Positions 11,361 to 23,875 of a DNA stretch of 64,000 nucleotides are shown here, piece by piece. Source of the stretch: Squalus acanthias (Eukaryota); the NCBI GenBank assembly GCA_030390025.1, contig CM059437.1, positions 66,588,001-66,652,000 on the forward strand. Direction: 5' to 3'. The notes beneath the pieces are model-generated. The model searched no databases. It was not told the origin of the DNA and worked only from the letters and a program-made list of their open reading frames with translations. The position numbers and the translations under genes are program-made. The stretch's first letter is position 1. Each line of letters opens with the position of its first letter.

Positions 11361-12426
11361 CATCAGCCAGTTTCCTTAAAGGAACCATGCACAAATTTAG
11401 TTTGACATTTGTGCTGTCAGTGTTCTACAGCATTGAGGTGCTGCAAACACTGACAAGCACTGCACAGAGGTGCACAGCTGCACTCAGGCTCCCCCCATGA
11501 CTCCCTCCATATGCTTATGGAGGGAGTCACAGCATGCAGGGAGGTTCTCTTCCCTTCCAATGGGCGGAAGAGACCTCCCCAGGAGACCAACGCAGCCTGG
11601 TTGCACATTGCACAGGAGGACACAAACAGTGATGTTCTCAGGAGGACCAGGCTGCAGTGACACAAACATTTCAATGATCTCAGTAGATCATGAAACGTTA
11701 CTGCAAAGCCACACTCAACCTCATCCTGCTGTGTCACTCATCACATCCCCATCACTCTGCCTTCCCTACCCTACTCCTGCACATCCTTACTTACACCAAC
11801 TTACCTTGCACCTCCACCCATCCCTCACTATCTACATTATCACTTCCCCAACTCACTAACCACCCCTCACACTCATCCTCATCCTAGCCCAATCATACCA
11901 GCTAATAACACACAAGGGTAGGCACTTGTGTATTTTAGCCAATGTTCATGTGAAGTTTCTGTTAATGTGCTGACAAACATTCAAATCTTTATGTTCTTGG
12001 ACAGATTTGTGTGCACCTTTGGAAGTGGCTTAGTGAGTTGCAATGAATGGTGAGACATAATGGTGATGAGTGTGAAAGGAATGGCTTGGGCATTGTAGGG
12101 ATGCTTTATGGTGTTGGTGTGGGGTGGTGCCAACCTGATACATCATGTGGCAGCCAGAGTGTACAGCATCATGTGAAGTAAATCTGGCCATGGTGAGGCC
12201 ATCCCTGGCGTCCTGGGCAGCAATGTGGTCGGGTGCTGATGCCCTGTGTCCTGTGCAGCATCAGTTGATTGCGGAGAAGGTTGGTGTTGTTGTTGGTGCT
12301 GCTGGTGTGCCCGGTGCTGCTGGTGTTGGGACTGATTGTGGTGGGATTCTGAGGACCACATTACAGCTTAAGACCCCATCTTGGCCACCTCTTTAGCGCC
12401 TAAAGTATTTGGCCAAAATCGCTCCC
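11361..12426 (+). mobile_element. PIF/Harbinger-derived element with decayed Myb/SANT-like ORF, left end missing
   Basis: Colinear with 63264-64000; right terminus ccaaaatcgctccc. Confidence 0.75.
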
Positions 12427-13051
12427 TTAAATTCAATCACTGATGGGAGATTTTGTAAATATTTGATCTGAAAAGCTCCAACTGCTTATGAGTTATTATC
12501 ATCAGCGCCACTTAAAAATTGTGGGCTTGTTTCGATTGAGGAATTCACAAAAAAAAATGCTGCCCCGCAAAAATCAAGCACCTCCTGCCATAAATGTTAT
12601 TCAGCTCTGCTCTCCACCTCGTCCACCAGGGGATTAAATATGATGCATGCTATGGGTGGGGTGGGGGAGGGGGGAGTTCCTGACCAACTGCTAATTCTTT
12701 GAGTTGAGTCCCCTCCCGCCCCGCCCAACCCTTATTCCATCCCTCGCCCTTCCAAGTGGTTGTTTCTCTGCTTCGATTTGATCTCTTGGCTCTGAAAACT
12801 TAAGTCTCCACTAACATTGCACATTGAACTTCTGAATTATGAATCCAATGGGACTTGTTATTTCCATTTGCACATATTATTTCAGAAATATGACAAATGG
12901 CAAATAAGAATCATTCTTCCCAAAGCCTTGACACATCCAACTATTTTCACATCCCTGCAATGATACCAAGGATTCCATATTGCAAAACGTACCTGAAGAC
13001 CTGAAACTAGGGACTGCTCCCTTCTACTGTGAAGGTGTATTCATATATAAT

Positions 13052-13234
13052 GGGGTAGAGTTTCCGCTTTGGGTGCAATCTGCGATTCCAGCACAAATTG
13101 CACCCAAAATTGCGCCTGTTTTGAAAAGTCTTTCCTCCCCCCCACCCCCGCTGAGTTTCCAGTCAAACTCATTTGCATATCGCCGAAGGCAAAATATGCT
13201 GTGAACCAGCGCAATCGAGTGAAAACTCTAGGCC
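13052..13234. mobile_element. Small MITE with imperfect TIRs
   Basis: ggggtagagtttccgc ... gtgaaaactctaggcc. Confidence 0.6.
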
Positions 13235-13273
13235 ATAATCTTTCAAATGTATACTCAAATATTGCAATATATT

Positions 13274-14026
13274 GGCCCGTATTTTCCGATCCCTACGGGT
13301 GTGTACGAGCTGTGTACACACTCGTAGGGGCCTCGCAAGTGCCGGTTTCAGGCATGCGGAGCGCATGCGCTGAAAACCAGCACTTCCGATCTTTCAAGAA
13401 TCCTCTTGACAGATCGGACTCCTGCCCTGGAGAAGGGCCTCTGCGGGTGGAGAGTTCCGCTTTCTGCAGAACCTCCGCCCGCTGAAAACCCTTAGAAATC
13501 TTACGCCTGGTAAAAGCAGGCATAAGGCCCACTTTTACCAGCATAAGAGTTTAAAAAAGTAAAAAAATAATTATTTTTTCACTCATTTATAATTTAAAAA
13601 TACTTTAAAAAAAGATACGTTTATTTTTAGCCCCGTAAAAAACTTTAATTATTTTTTTCAAAAAATTAAATTTTTGTTTAAAATATTTAATTAAATGTAA
13701 TTTTAACTAATTTTAAAATGTATTTAATGTTTTAGTGTGTTTTTGAGTGATCCCCATTCATACTTTTGATGGGTTTAAGCTGAGAGACCTGTCAAAAGTG
13801 TGAAGAGGGATTCCCTTCTTCCATTGGTTCCCCAGGGCCCACGTGATCCCAGGGATGCTTGCGATCTGCCTGCGCCCCTGGGATACCTGGGCCTCTGCGC
13901 GCGTGGACCAGGAGAGGCCCAGTAGTGGAAATGCCCAGACCTCCGGAGCCAGCAGGTAAGGGCGTAGATTTTTTCTAGATCGGAGGCCTCCGCACACAGG
14001 AAGCCTCCAATCGGAAAATACGGGCC
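13274..14026. mobile_element. PIF/Harbinger-type non-autonomous element, 753 bp
   Basis: Perfect 17-bp TIRs ggcccgtattttccgat / atcggaaaatacgggcc; 3-bp ATT duplication on both sides; AT-rich core. Confidence 0.85.
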
Positions 14027-15381
14027 ATTATAACAGGAATTAAAAATACATGTATTACCTCTTGAACTCATCAACTTAAAAGGGCAAAGATACATATATT
14101 TAGTTTCTTGAGTATTTCTGCAAAGATTGATTGGAGCTTGTATATTTGAAATTTATACCATTTGAGTGTTGGTTATACATATTTCATCTCATCTTTCACT
14201 ATAAAGAGTTTCTTGAAACATGCCAAATTGATGTCAACCAGAACTGGGAAACGAACAAGTGATCCATGAAGAATCTGACTAGAGAAAAGCCCATCTGCTC
14301 CATATATTTATATTCTTATTCCCACAGAGACTCTTGTAATATTATTGTGATCTGTTTTCAGTCCTACTGCCAAACGTTATTTTGAATTCATAAAACTGAA
14401 CACTTCAACTTAGGGCTATAGAGAGAATGTCAGGATGTCAAGTCAGTGGAGAGGCTGGACAATCTAATTATTATTGACATGTATGCTTAAGTATTTTGTT
14501 GCACTTAACTGCTGGGGCACATATTTCCATTTTACTTACTCCCATAAGACCGCACAAAATAAGTTCTAGTTCAGGAATTGTCATCATCATTTTATGTAAT
14601 ACATTAAATGTCATAAGTTTTATTAGAAAATAAAAGCTGGCTATTTGTGATTTCTGCTGGGGTTTAAAAAAAAATCAAATTGCACACTTGAAGTCAAATA
14701 TTTGTCATGGTTTCTCAACTTGAAAAAAAGTAATTATCGTAAATTTGCACAAATTTTGGAATTAATTCTAAATTAAAAGTTAGCATGTGATGCACCCACT
14801 TAAGATAGTTAAAATACCATGAGTGTGGTACTTTGTACTAATACAATATACATTTGCAATATTAAACAGAAATGGCAAAGATGAAGTAAGGAAATCAGGT
14901 TTCCATTCTCTTTAATTTGGAGATGTTAATTGTTATGCCGCACAGGTAAAGACAGAAAACTTAATGGAAGTCTTACACTCATGTTTATGGAAGGTGTCAG
15001 AATGAGAGACAAATCCTTTATTTTACTTCCCGATGCCTAGTCTCCACATTAGTAGTCACCTCAGTTTCTGGAATCATTCCAACATGACTCACTCTGGGTA
15101 CAGTCTGAGCTGTACTATTAAAGACCTTAAAACCAAGTCATTAAAACATCTAGGAAGGATTAGACATTGGGATCTAATGCCAACACATTGACATTCTCTT
15201 TTACCTCATAGCAGTTGTTATATGTAATGCTGCCACTATGTTGGCAGTGTTGGACCAGTACATGCACAATTTCTGTACTTGTGTATATAGGAAGCATGTT
15301 GTTACACTGCTTGCTCAGACCACTACAAAGGGATGACAGAATTCTGGATATAAGCACTCAAGCACATGCAAGTTTAGCAGT

Positions 15382-15612
15382 CAAAAAGCAGATGCTGCAA
15401 ATCTGAAACAAAAAAAGAAAATGCTGGATAGAACCTCGCAGGTCAGACAGCATCTGTGGTGAGAACAGTTAACATTTCAGATGCGGACCCTTCATCAAAA
15501 CTGGAACTACAATACCGAAGAAGGGTCCACTCTCAAAATGTTAACTGATCCGATCTCTCCACGGATGCCGCCTGACCTGCTCAGTGTTTCCAACATTTTC
15601 TGGTTTTGGTTC
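15382..15612. mobile_element. Penelope-type inverted terminal-repeat element
   Basis: Arms aaaatgctgg...caggtcagacagcatctgtgg and ccacggatgccgcctgacctgc...cattttc are reverse complements; decayed hammerhead-like cores inside. Confidence 0.65.
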
Positions 15613-16091
15613 AAGGTTATCAGCCTTCTACTAACAATGTAGTTTCTACTATTTGGGAAAAAACTAGCAAGTTAGTCAATTCTTTCCAACCAGAAGAAAA
15701 AAAGGAAGGTGACCTCCAGGACCACAAAAGGTTTGGTTAAAGTTGCAACCATACAGGTTGTACCCATGCTTCAGTCATCCTACAGCCAGCTAGAATGGTA
15801 AAAGAAATCTCACTTACATTAATATTGCTGACATTTACCAAGCACTCTCAACATTTGATTGCATTGACACCAGTATAATAGCAGCAAAAACCTCCTCTTA
15901 CCTCAGATGTGTACTTAATGATGACACACCCATATGAAGCCCATAGTTTTAAAGCTGTGAGGGGTTTACACAATTAATTAACTCTCAAGTTGAATCCAAG
16001 CTGGATTCATTCAGGAATAAACTGTATAGTAAACAGAGCTCTAAATCTGTAGGAAATACTTCCTTCTAAATCAAACAACTCTATTTCTTTT

Positions 16092-16548
16092 CCCTGTGCT
16101 CACTGATCTACATTGGCTCCCGGTTAAGCAGCGCCTCAATTTCAAAATTCTCATCCTTGTTTTCAAATCCCTCCATGGCCTCACCCCTCCCTATCTCTGT
16201 AATCCCCATCAGCCCCACAACCCTCCGAGATATCTGCGCTCCTCTAATTCTGCCCTCTTTAGCATCCCTGATTATAATCGCTCAACCATTGGTGGCCGTG
16301 CCTTCTGCTGCCTAGGCCCTAAGCTCCTTGAATTCCCTGCCTAAAGCTTTTGGTCACCTGTCCTAATTTCTCCTTATGTGGCTCGGTGTCAAATTGTTTG
16401 TCTTTTAATGCTCCTGTGCAGCGCCTTGGGACGTTTTACTACATTAAAGGCACTATATAAATGCAAGTTGTTGTTATTCTTAACCTGAATAAGGAAGAAT
16501 TACATATGTTGAAGGCGCTATATAAATGCAAATTGTTTTTGTTGTTGC
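16092..16548 (+). mobile_element. L2-clade LINE 3' end with a second tail copy
   Basis: LTDLHWLPVKQRLNFKIL...STIGGRAF; tail gcactatataaatgcaagttgttgtt, repeated at about 16512-16548. Confidence 0.85.
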
Positions 16549-19500
16549 TGAAAATAATTACTTTTCTATTCTTCACTTCCCTGTACTCAACAAGGTAAGA
16601 AGTAAAAATTGACTGGAAAACGTACCTTATTATTTTGTTTGCTATCTTACACCTTTTGTGTGTGATATCCCAGGTTAATTTAGAGAGAAGCATATTTGTA
16701 ATGCATGATTATAAATTAAAAGTATGTTTAATAAATAATGTCCTGCAAGCTAAGTACAAAAAAAATTAATACCTTGAGAAAAGTTCACAAGGTTCTTGTC
16801 ATAAAAAGAGTCAACCACATTTGTTAGGTTCTCTTTGAAATATAATTTAGCACTCACCTTTTATCTTTGAAACAAGACTATTCTACAAGTGATTCATAGT
16901 GCATGTAGATACCTAGTAATAACATATCGTGACAATTACAATGTTCTCATTGGTACTGATATCCTTCCTTTAAACATTTCTCGTGCCAGTACTTAGGGTG
17001 CCACCCCTATTGTCAAAAAAGTGCTGTTGCTAAGCACATAAACATACAGAGCGTCACAAACAACAATGTAATTTCCCACACTCAAATCGTTGCCTTTCCA
17101 CAGAGATTGTAACCCAGAAAATACCATGTGATTTTGATTTTTGGTCATTTTTTTCATGGAAATACTTGAGAGTGAGTTATGTTTGGTTTTTAAAACAATT
17201 TTGAAGAGCCAAACCCACTGAGACGGAATGGGGGGGTGGGGGGTGGCGGGGAGAGGGTTGAAGTTTTAATGACATAGGCATTAAAGAATTTCCACAATGA
17301 TTGTGGACATTAAACATCTTTTTATCTCATCTCAGATGGCCTAGTACACATTCCCAATGATATTGGCAATGATCTATTTGTGTATGTCCAGCAATCTGAA
17401 AATATACTTTTAGGGAAGGAGGCGAGTCAGTTTGGTTAACAGGCCTGCTGGTGAATCCTTGAATGGGACCAAAGGCACCAGCCTTCCACTTCCTATAAAT
17501 TCAGGGGAAGGAAAGGAGAGAAGAGACCCATGAATGGTCAGTCACCAAGCGAGGAAGGAGATCTTGTCTAATAAAAGAAAACCCTCTTTTTCCAGAGCTG
17601 GTCAAAACTCAAAGGCTGACCAGGAATAGTGTGTCGTATTTTTATTATTTTTCTTGTTCTTGAGGAGGGATATGACATTAGTTGGATTAAGGCTGCAATT
17701 GAATGTTCACTTGCTGTCTGTAAAGTAAAGAAAAGCAGCTTAATGATTCATACCTGGCCTCATCCCATTAAAGTATATACAGTCCGCCTACTGAAAGATT
17801 GGAGAAGCACACATGAGAGCACGTGTGAAAGACACAATATCCAGCTCCGATCACAAGATTGCTTACCACCACCCCCACCCCCACCCCCACCCCGCCCCAC
17901 CATGTTAGTGTCAAACCCAGACACTCTGTATATTGTCTCCTTCATAAAGACAACTGAATGTGTCAGAAATAGACCACCCCCAGACAATACCTAAGGCAGA
18001 CCAAAGTTTGTAACAGTGATACCAGTGAACTTTGCGTACATGCTTTGCATATTTATATAACAGCGCTTTGTCCAATATTATAACAGAAGCATTAACTTCT
18101 TTAAAATAATGAGCAGAAGAATACAAATGCATTAAGAATGTGTCTGCTAATATCGCCAACAGTAATGTATAGGCTTATTTGATACTTGACTACTCTTGAT
18201 AAAGTCCCTAGCATTGCCCCTGCAGTGTGACCACTCTGAACTAATGGATTAGGTTGATTTATAATCTTCATAAGTTAAGACAGAAAAAATCTGGCTCTGG
18301 TCTAGTTTTGTGCTGTGCGTAGTACAATTTATTTCTGATGCTTTTTATTGACAATTGTATTCTCCATTTATAGAGTAATGGAAGAACTTCCACTGTAAAT
18401 CAGAAATCAGTCAATCATATTATTCCATGAAGCAGTCCTGAAACACTATAAAAGGAAGGTGAAATGTCTTGTAAAAATATAAAACAAAGGGTATAAGGAT
18501 TTATTTACATTCAGAGGCTGAGGGTTAATCCACAGTCTATATAAAGCATTTTCAACCCACTGAATGCATGAATTTCAGTTTCGGCTGTATGTTGTGCTTG
18601 CTATCTATAGGAGAGTTCATTGCAGGTTACACGTGCATGAGTTTGGGTATGCATATAATAGACATATAATTATAGAAGCAAAGCAGATTTAACGGACCAA
18701 ATGATCCATCCTATTTCAGATCACATTATATATATTTTTAGAGAAATTTGTAGCTATGCCTAATATTGTAATCATTTAAGAATGACTTTTAGGAGTGCTT
18801 CTGTGAAAGATTTCTGTTGTCTTTGTGAGTAGAGAATACACAACCTGGGTTTGACACTTATGTGGGGGTGGGGTGGTCTTGATCTGCCTTTTTTTTTAGA
18901 TTTTTGGAAACAATCCATCAACATTGGTGGACCAGACACCTCAGGCTTGTAATATGTTACAATATATTTAAGGTTACCACAGTGAGAAGAGACTCTGTTG
19001 TATCCCTAATGGCTGAACCATTAAAATAAGCTTTACTTTTCAAAGGCTAGCTAGATGCCTGCTGTGTCAGAATGAGCATCTCATGATTGAGGCAGATGCA
19101 AGGCATTTGTGCTGATCCACTTGACATGTGAGCCATCTCTTGTCTTTTTTTTAATTTAGATTGACAGTTCTTTAGCCAGACACTGTCTGAATCTGGGAAT
19201 AAATATGTTAAGCTTTCCATAGTTTTGTACACACAGTTCCATTGCATGTATAGGTTGCTGTGGTAGACAAACCTCTGCGAGCAAAATGGTGTACATTTAC
19301 TAAAAATACACCTCAAAAGATCTTTGTTATGCTGGTTTGAGAAAAAAAGTTTTAAAGTAACAATGATAATTAAGAACTTTTTTAATCTGCTGCTTTATTC
19401 TAGTTTCTGTATAATTTTACTTTTTTAATAAATATAGTTTTGTAGTTTATAGCCTGAGCTGGTAGCATGGCATTTTCTATTAATCTAGAGAGATATGGAG

Positions 19501-20034
19501 CACATGGATAGGTCACATTATTGCTCATGCATACTCTAAAGCAATGCTAACCCAGATATTTGGTGCATCAAGCCATTTCAGTTCACAGAAAGTGTGGGAT
19601 TGCCTGTGAAAGCTGACTTTTGTGGTGACCACAAGCAAAAGTATTGGGAAGTAGCTGAATTATAACAGAGAATTCCAAGCAGCACTATAATCATACCAAT
19701 CATTCACGATTTTGGATAGGAGAGAGTTTGTTTTAATTCATTTTGCAATAATTCAGAAGGTACTTAAAGAAATCGGATAGCTCAGTGAGAGACCAATAAT
19801 CATTCTGCTTGAGTTTCCTCTTCCACCATCTTTGTTGCTCATCCATCCTTACCATCCGTTGTTTTGTTCCGTGACCTCATTAAAAGACTGTTCCAGATGA
19901 CAAGTTTGTTTTTATAATGTGCATTTCTACTGAAGAACAATGGATTTAGGATGTTAGTGATGTAGCAGCAATGGTTCAGTATTTTTTGAGATATTGAATA
20001 TGATAACAGAGTAATGGATGACCAGGTGTTAATT

Positions 20035-20110
20035 ACAACAACAACAACAACAGCAGCAACTTACATTTATATAGCGCCTTTAACGTAGTAAAACGTCCCA
20101 GGGCGCTTCA
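20035..20110 (-). mobile_element. L2/SINE 3' tail with (CAA)n
   Basis: acaacaac...ttacatttatatagcgcctttaacgtagtaaaacgtccc. Confidence 0.7.
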
Positions 20111-22275
20111 GGTAAGCACATAGGTCAGAAGTGATTTGAGGCTTCTTCATTTAGAAATGCAAGCCTAAACTTATTAGTTTGTACATTAGAATAATGAATG
20201 TCCCGTCTATAAGCTAATAATCCACCCCCCCGAACTTTCCTTATTTTCATAAATGTAAGTCTTGTTGACCTCTCATAGCATAGCTCCTGGAGAAAAGTTT
20301 TCTTTAACTGTTTCTCTTTCTGTAACAATCTCTCTGCTTATCGCCCACTCTCTATTTTTCGATCTATTAGTTTTTCTGTGTCTCCTCTACTCTTTCTCTC
20401 GGGGCGGCTCTCTCGCACTTTCTGCCGATGTTTGTTTTCATATCCCCGTTTGTTTCCGACTTTTTTCTTCATTTGTTTCTCTCCCTTTTTCTGTAAAAGG
20501 CCGATATTCCTTTTGAAACAAATATGAAAATGACCTGACGATGATCCGGCTATGGCAATGGCTATGTATTTCGGTGAAGATTTTCTTAATAGCCAAATAT
20601 GCATATTTATCCACAAGTGTTACATTACCCGATCTTATCCCTGGATGTTTTCTCCAACACTTGCACTGGCGAGTTTACTATCAACTGAATCATCGCAGGA
20701 ACTCATATTATTCTTTTTTTATGCTTTTCTAATGACTAATGTCCAGTGGCATTGGCTGATGGTCGAAGCTAACTTGTGCCACTGCACCATACAGCCGAAT
20801 CACTGACATCTCCATCTTTTGTCTCCTGTTAGTAGTACTGTCTATTCTCTGATGCAACAATACGCATTTTTGTTTGTGTTTTCTATTTGCCACGTATATC
20901 AAAATATTTAAACTATTTCGAATGAGCACCAATCACAACCTCGTTTTTCCTTTCAAGAGATTTCCTCTCAGAGTACTACTGTATCCAGGATACCACATTT
21001 CTGATGCTGCTGTGATCTCCCAATGACAGAGGGACATTGTACTGTGAGAGGGGATATTTCCTGGCAAACGGCATCCAATAACACAGCTTTTGGGGATCCA
21101 GAAACTAGCGGGAAGTGGAATCTTTCTAAACTGAGAAAATCTGACAAATGTAATGATGTGCTGGTGGTTTAAATGAGCGTGATACACATCGTGAAAACGT
21201 AAGACTTGTTGAAAACCTGCCCCGGGAAAATAAATGAAACCAATCTGGCTTACAGCATCAGCATTATCTCATATTCCATGAATCAACCAGTTCACTCGAA
21301 AGTGAGACTCAAGACAGTTACTTAAAAAATATCATGGTCACCCATGACATGTAGTAAATATCTCCACAACGTAGGAGTAAATAAAAGCCGTGAATAAACT
21401 ATGATCAGAGACTGTTAAGTTCTGTTTTAACTACATGGGACTCCATTATTTTTCTTGGTTTGGGGATCACATTTCCTGGATCTCACAATGAGATATTTAT
21501 CATATACCATGCATTCAAATATTCATAACACTTATAGTCGGTTTTGAGCTGAGAAATATAATTTCGCTGAGTATTTTGCAGTCTTGTGGCTGAAGAAAAG
21601 CAGTTGAATTTTATCACTTTAATGTAACTTTACGATAACACTTCATGTATTTTTTAGTTCCATTGCTAATTACCCACATTGATATTAACAATGAAAATTA
21701 TTTTTTCCTAACATTCATTCAAAAGTCGGTCTGTTATTGCGAATTGAGTACAGACAGGAGACAATTGGTAATGGCCATCCCTCGTCAATGATATAAGGTG
21801 TGAGGCGCAAATTACACGCAGCCTGCACATTCTAGAGTAATTCAGTTTACAACGGTAATATTTTTGGTTAGGAAATCTCTCGATATGCATATGTTTAAGC
21901 AAATAGTTTTGATTAAACCAGCTCGTACCTGTCCTGTGGTATTTCTGATTAAAAGAGTATCGTTCATGACTCTTTGCAAGGTTCGTGAACTGTTAACCGG
22001 CTGTAAACTAAAAAGGTTATCATACATTAAATGTGCGCGAACAGACTTGTATACGGAACCCAGTCAAAAAAGAGTGAAGATTTAATTTATATATATGTGT
22101 GTGTGTATAATCAGAGATTTAAAAATTGATATATATGTCTAACATATGTACAATATAGTTAAGAATTTCAACTCCATGATTCCAAGCTGATTGCATAACC
22201 TCAGAAGTCCCATGATGTGAACATTCTTGGTACTTTTCCAGATGCAACCCACGATTCATGGAGGCAGTGGTGTTG

Positions 22276-22670
22276 TAGAATCATAGAAAGTTACAGCACG
22301 GAAGGAGGCCATTTCGGCCCATCGTGTCAGCGCCGGCCAACAAAGAGCTATCCAGCCTAATCCCACTTCCCAGCTCTTGGTCCGTAGCCCTGCAGGTTAG
22401 AGCATCCCAAGTGCACATCCAAGTACTTTTTAAATGTGGTTAGGGTTCCTGCCTCTACCACCCTTTCAGGCAGTGAGTTCCAGACCCCCACAACCCTCTG
22501 GGTGAAGAAATTTCCCCTCAAATCCCCTCTAAACCTTCCCCCAATTACTTTAAATCTATGCCCCCTGGTTTTTGACCGCCTCTGCTAAGGGAAATAGGTT
22601 CTTGCTGTCCACTTTATCTATGCCCCTCATAATTTTATACACCTCAATAAGGTCTCCCCTCAGCCTCCTT
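22276..22670 (-). mobile_element. CR1-clade LINE 3' fragment, different tail subfamily
   Basis: Minus strand encodes the CR1 RT C-terminus (NFFTQRVVGVWNSLP-like) and ends in ttctatgattcta. Confidence 0.85.
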
Positions 22671-23497
22671 GTGACTGATTCAGTCTGAGAGCACCATGAA
22701 ACTTAGGTTAGATGTCCAATTGTCAGAGACGGCGGGACACTTTTAAGTTCTAAAATGTTGGTTAAGTTAACCTATGATATATAGATGATCTTGCAAACAG
22801 GTGGAACACATTATTCTGAATATAAATAAGGCTCGGAGTGACACGTTGCTACAGACCCGGTAATAAAGGTTCGGCCAGCATTATGTTGTGCTCAGGAGAT
22901 GTTCCAACGGGAAACGTTCGAGTGGCAAAAGCTTCTTGCCAATGCCTCGGAAAGCAAAGATTTATGATCGGTGCATATTCGATAAATTGACCAGAGAGAT
23001 ATATTCTGGACGTGGTTTTGAGCTGAGCTCGGTATTATATTAATAGCTTCGCAACAGTTAGTAAAAACCGGGAAGGATGGTGGTGTGTTTGCGTTGCTTG
23101 CGGCGTTTATCTAGTAACAATCCTGGCACCTGAAACTAAACTGCGTTGTGTAACTGACTTTAAAGGGTTGTTGGCTAGTGTCCTACATAACACAATATAG
23201 TCTCGATACCAGAATATAAAAGCTTTTTTTAGCAAAATTGCCTCATTGTTTGCCTTTCAAGCATTGTAAAAAAATGTCAATACAATTAAAATGATACAAT
23301 TAAAACACCAATAGTTTGTTCTACTGCTATCTGAATAAATGCAGCTTAACTTTTCAAATGCAGTCACTAAGCGTGCCCACTCATGCCAAATATATTTTAC
23401 AAAGACATATTTGGAGTGATATTTAAATTTGGCCCAGAATTCGATGCAGCGCGCCAGGAATTGAGGCTGTAAAGGAATCTATATAATAGGTTATAGG

Positions 23498-23875
23498 CAA
23501 CAAATAAAGCAACAACGTGTATTCATATTGAGCCTTTAAGGTAGGGGAAAAATTCCCGGGGCACTTCACAGAAGCCCAGTCAAAAAACTCAAATGAACCC
23601 AGAGCCAAAGGAGGAGGATGCAGGAGTCATGGCCGAAAGCTTGGCCAAAGAGATGGGGTTTGAGGATAGTCTTAAAGGAAGGGAGAGAGGTAAAGAGACA
23701 GAGGGGTCTGGGGACGGAATTCCACAGCATGGGACTCAGGTGGCTGAAGGCAAGGCCGCCAATCGTCCAGGGAAAGGGGGAGACCAGAGTCAGAGTAAGG
23801 AGATTCTAGGGAGTGGGTTGTGGGGCTGGAGGAGTTTACAGGGATAGGGAGCGGCCCAGCCATGCAGGGTTTTAC
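23498..23875 (-). mobile_element. Degenerate L2 3' fragment
   Basis: Colinear with 16092-16478 (reverse) and 62161-62493. Confidence 0.65.

Noticed and set aside
10861-12426. One transposon bounded by gggggcgattttg and caaaatcgctccc
   Set aside because: Flanks differ (aat versus tta) and the interior is a patchwork; more likely ends of separate related elements.
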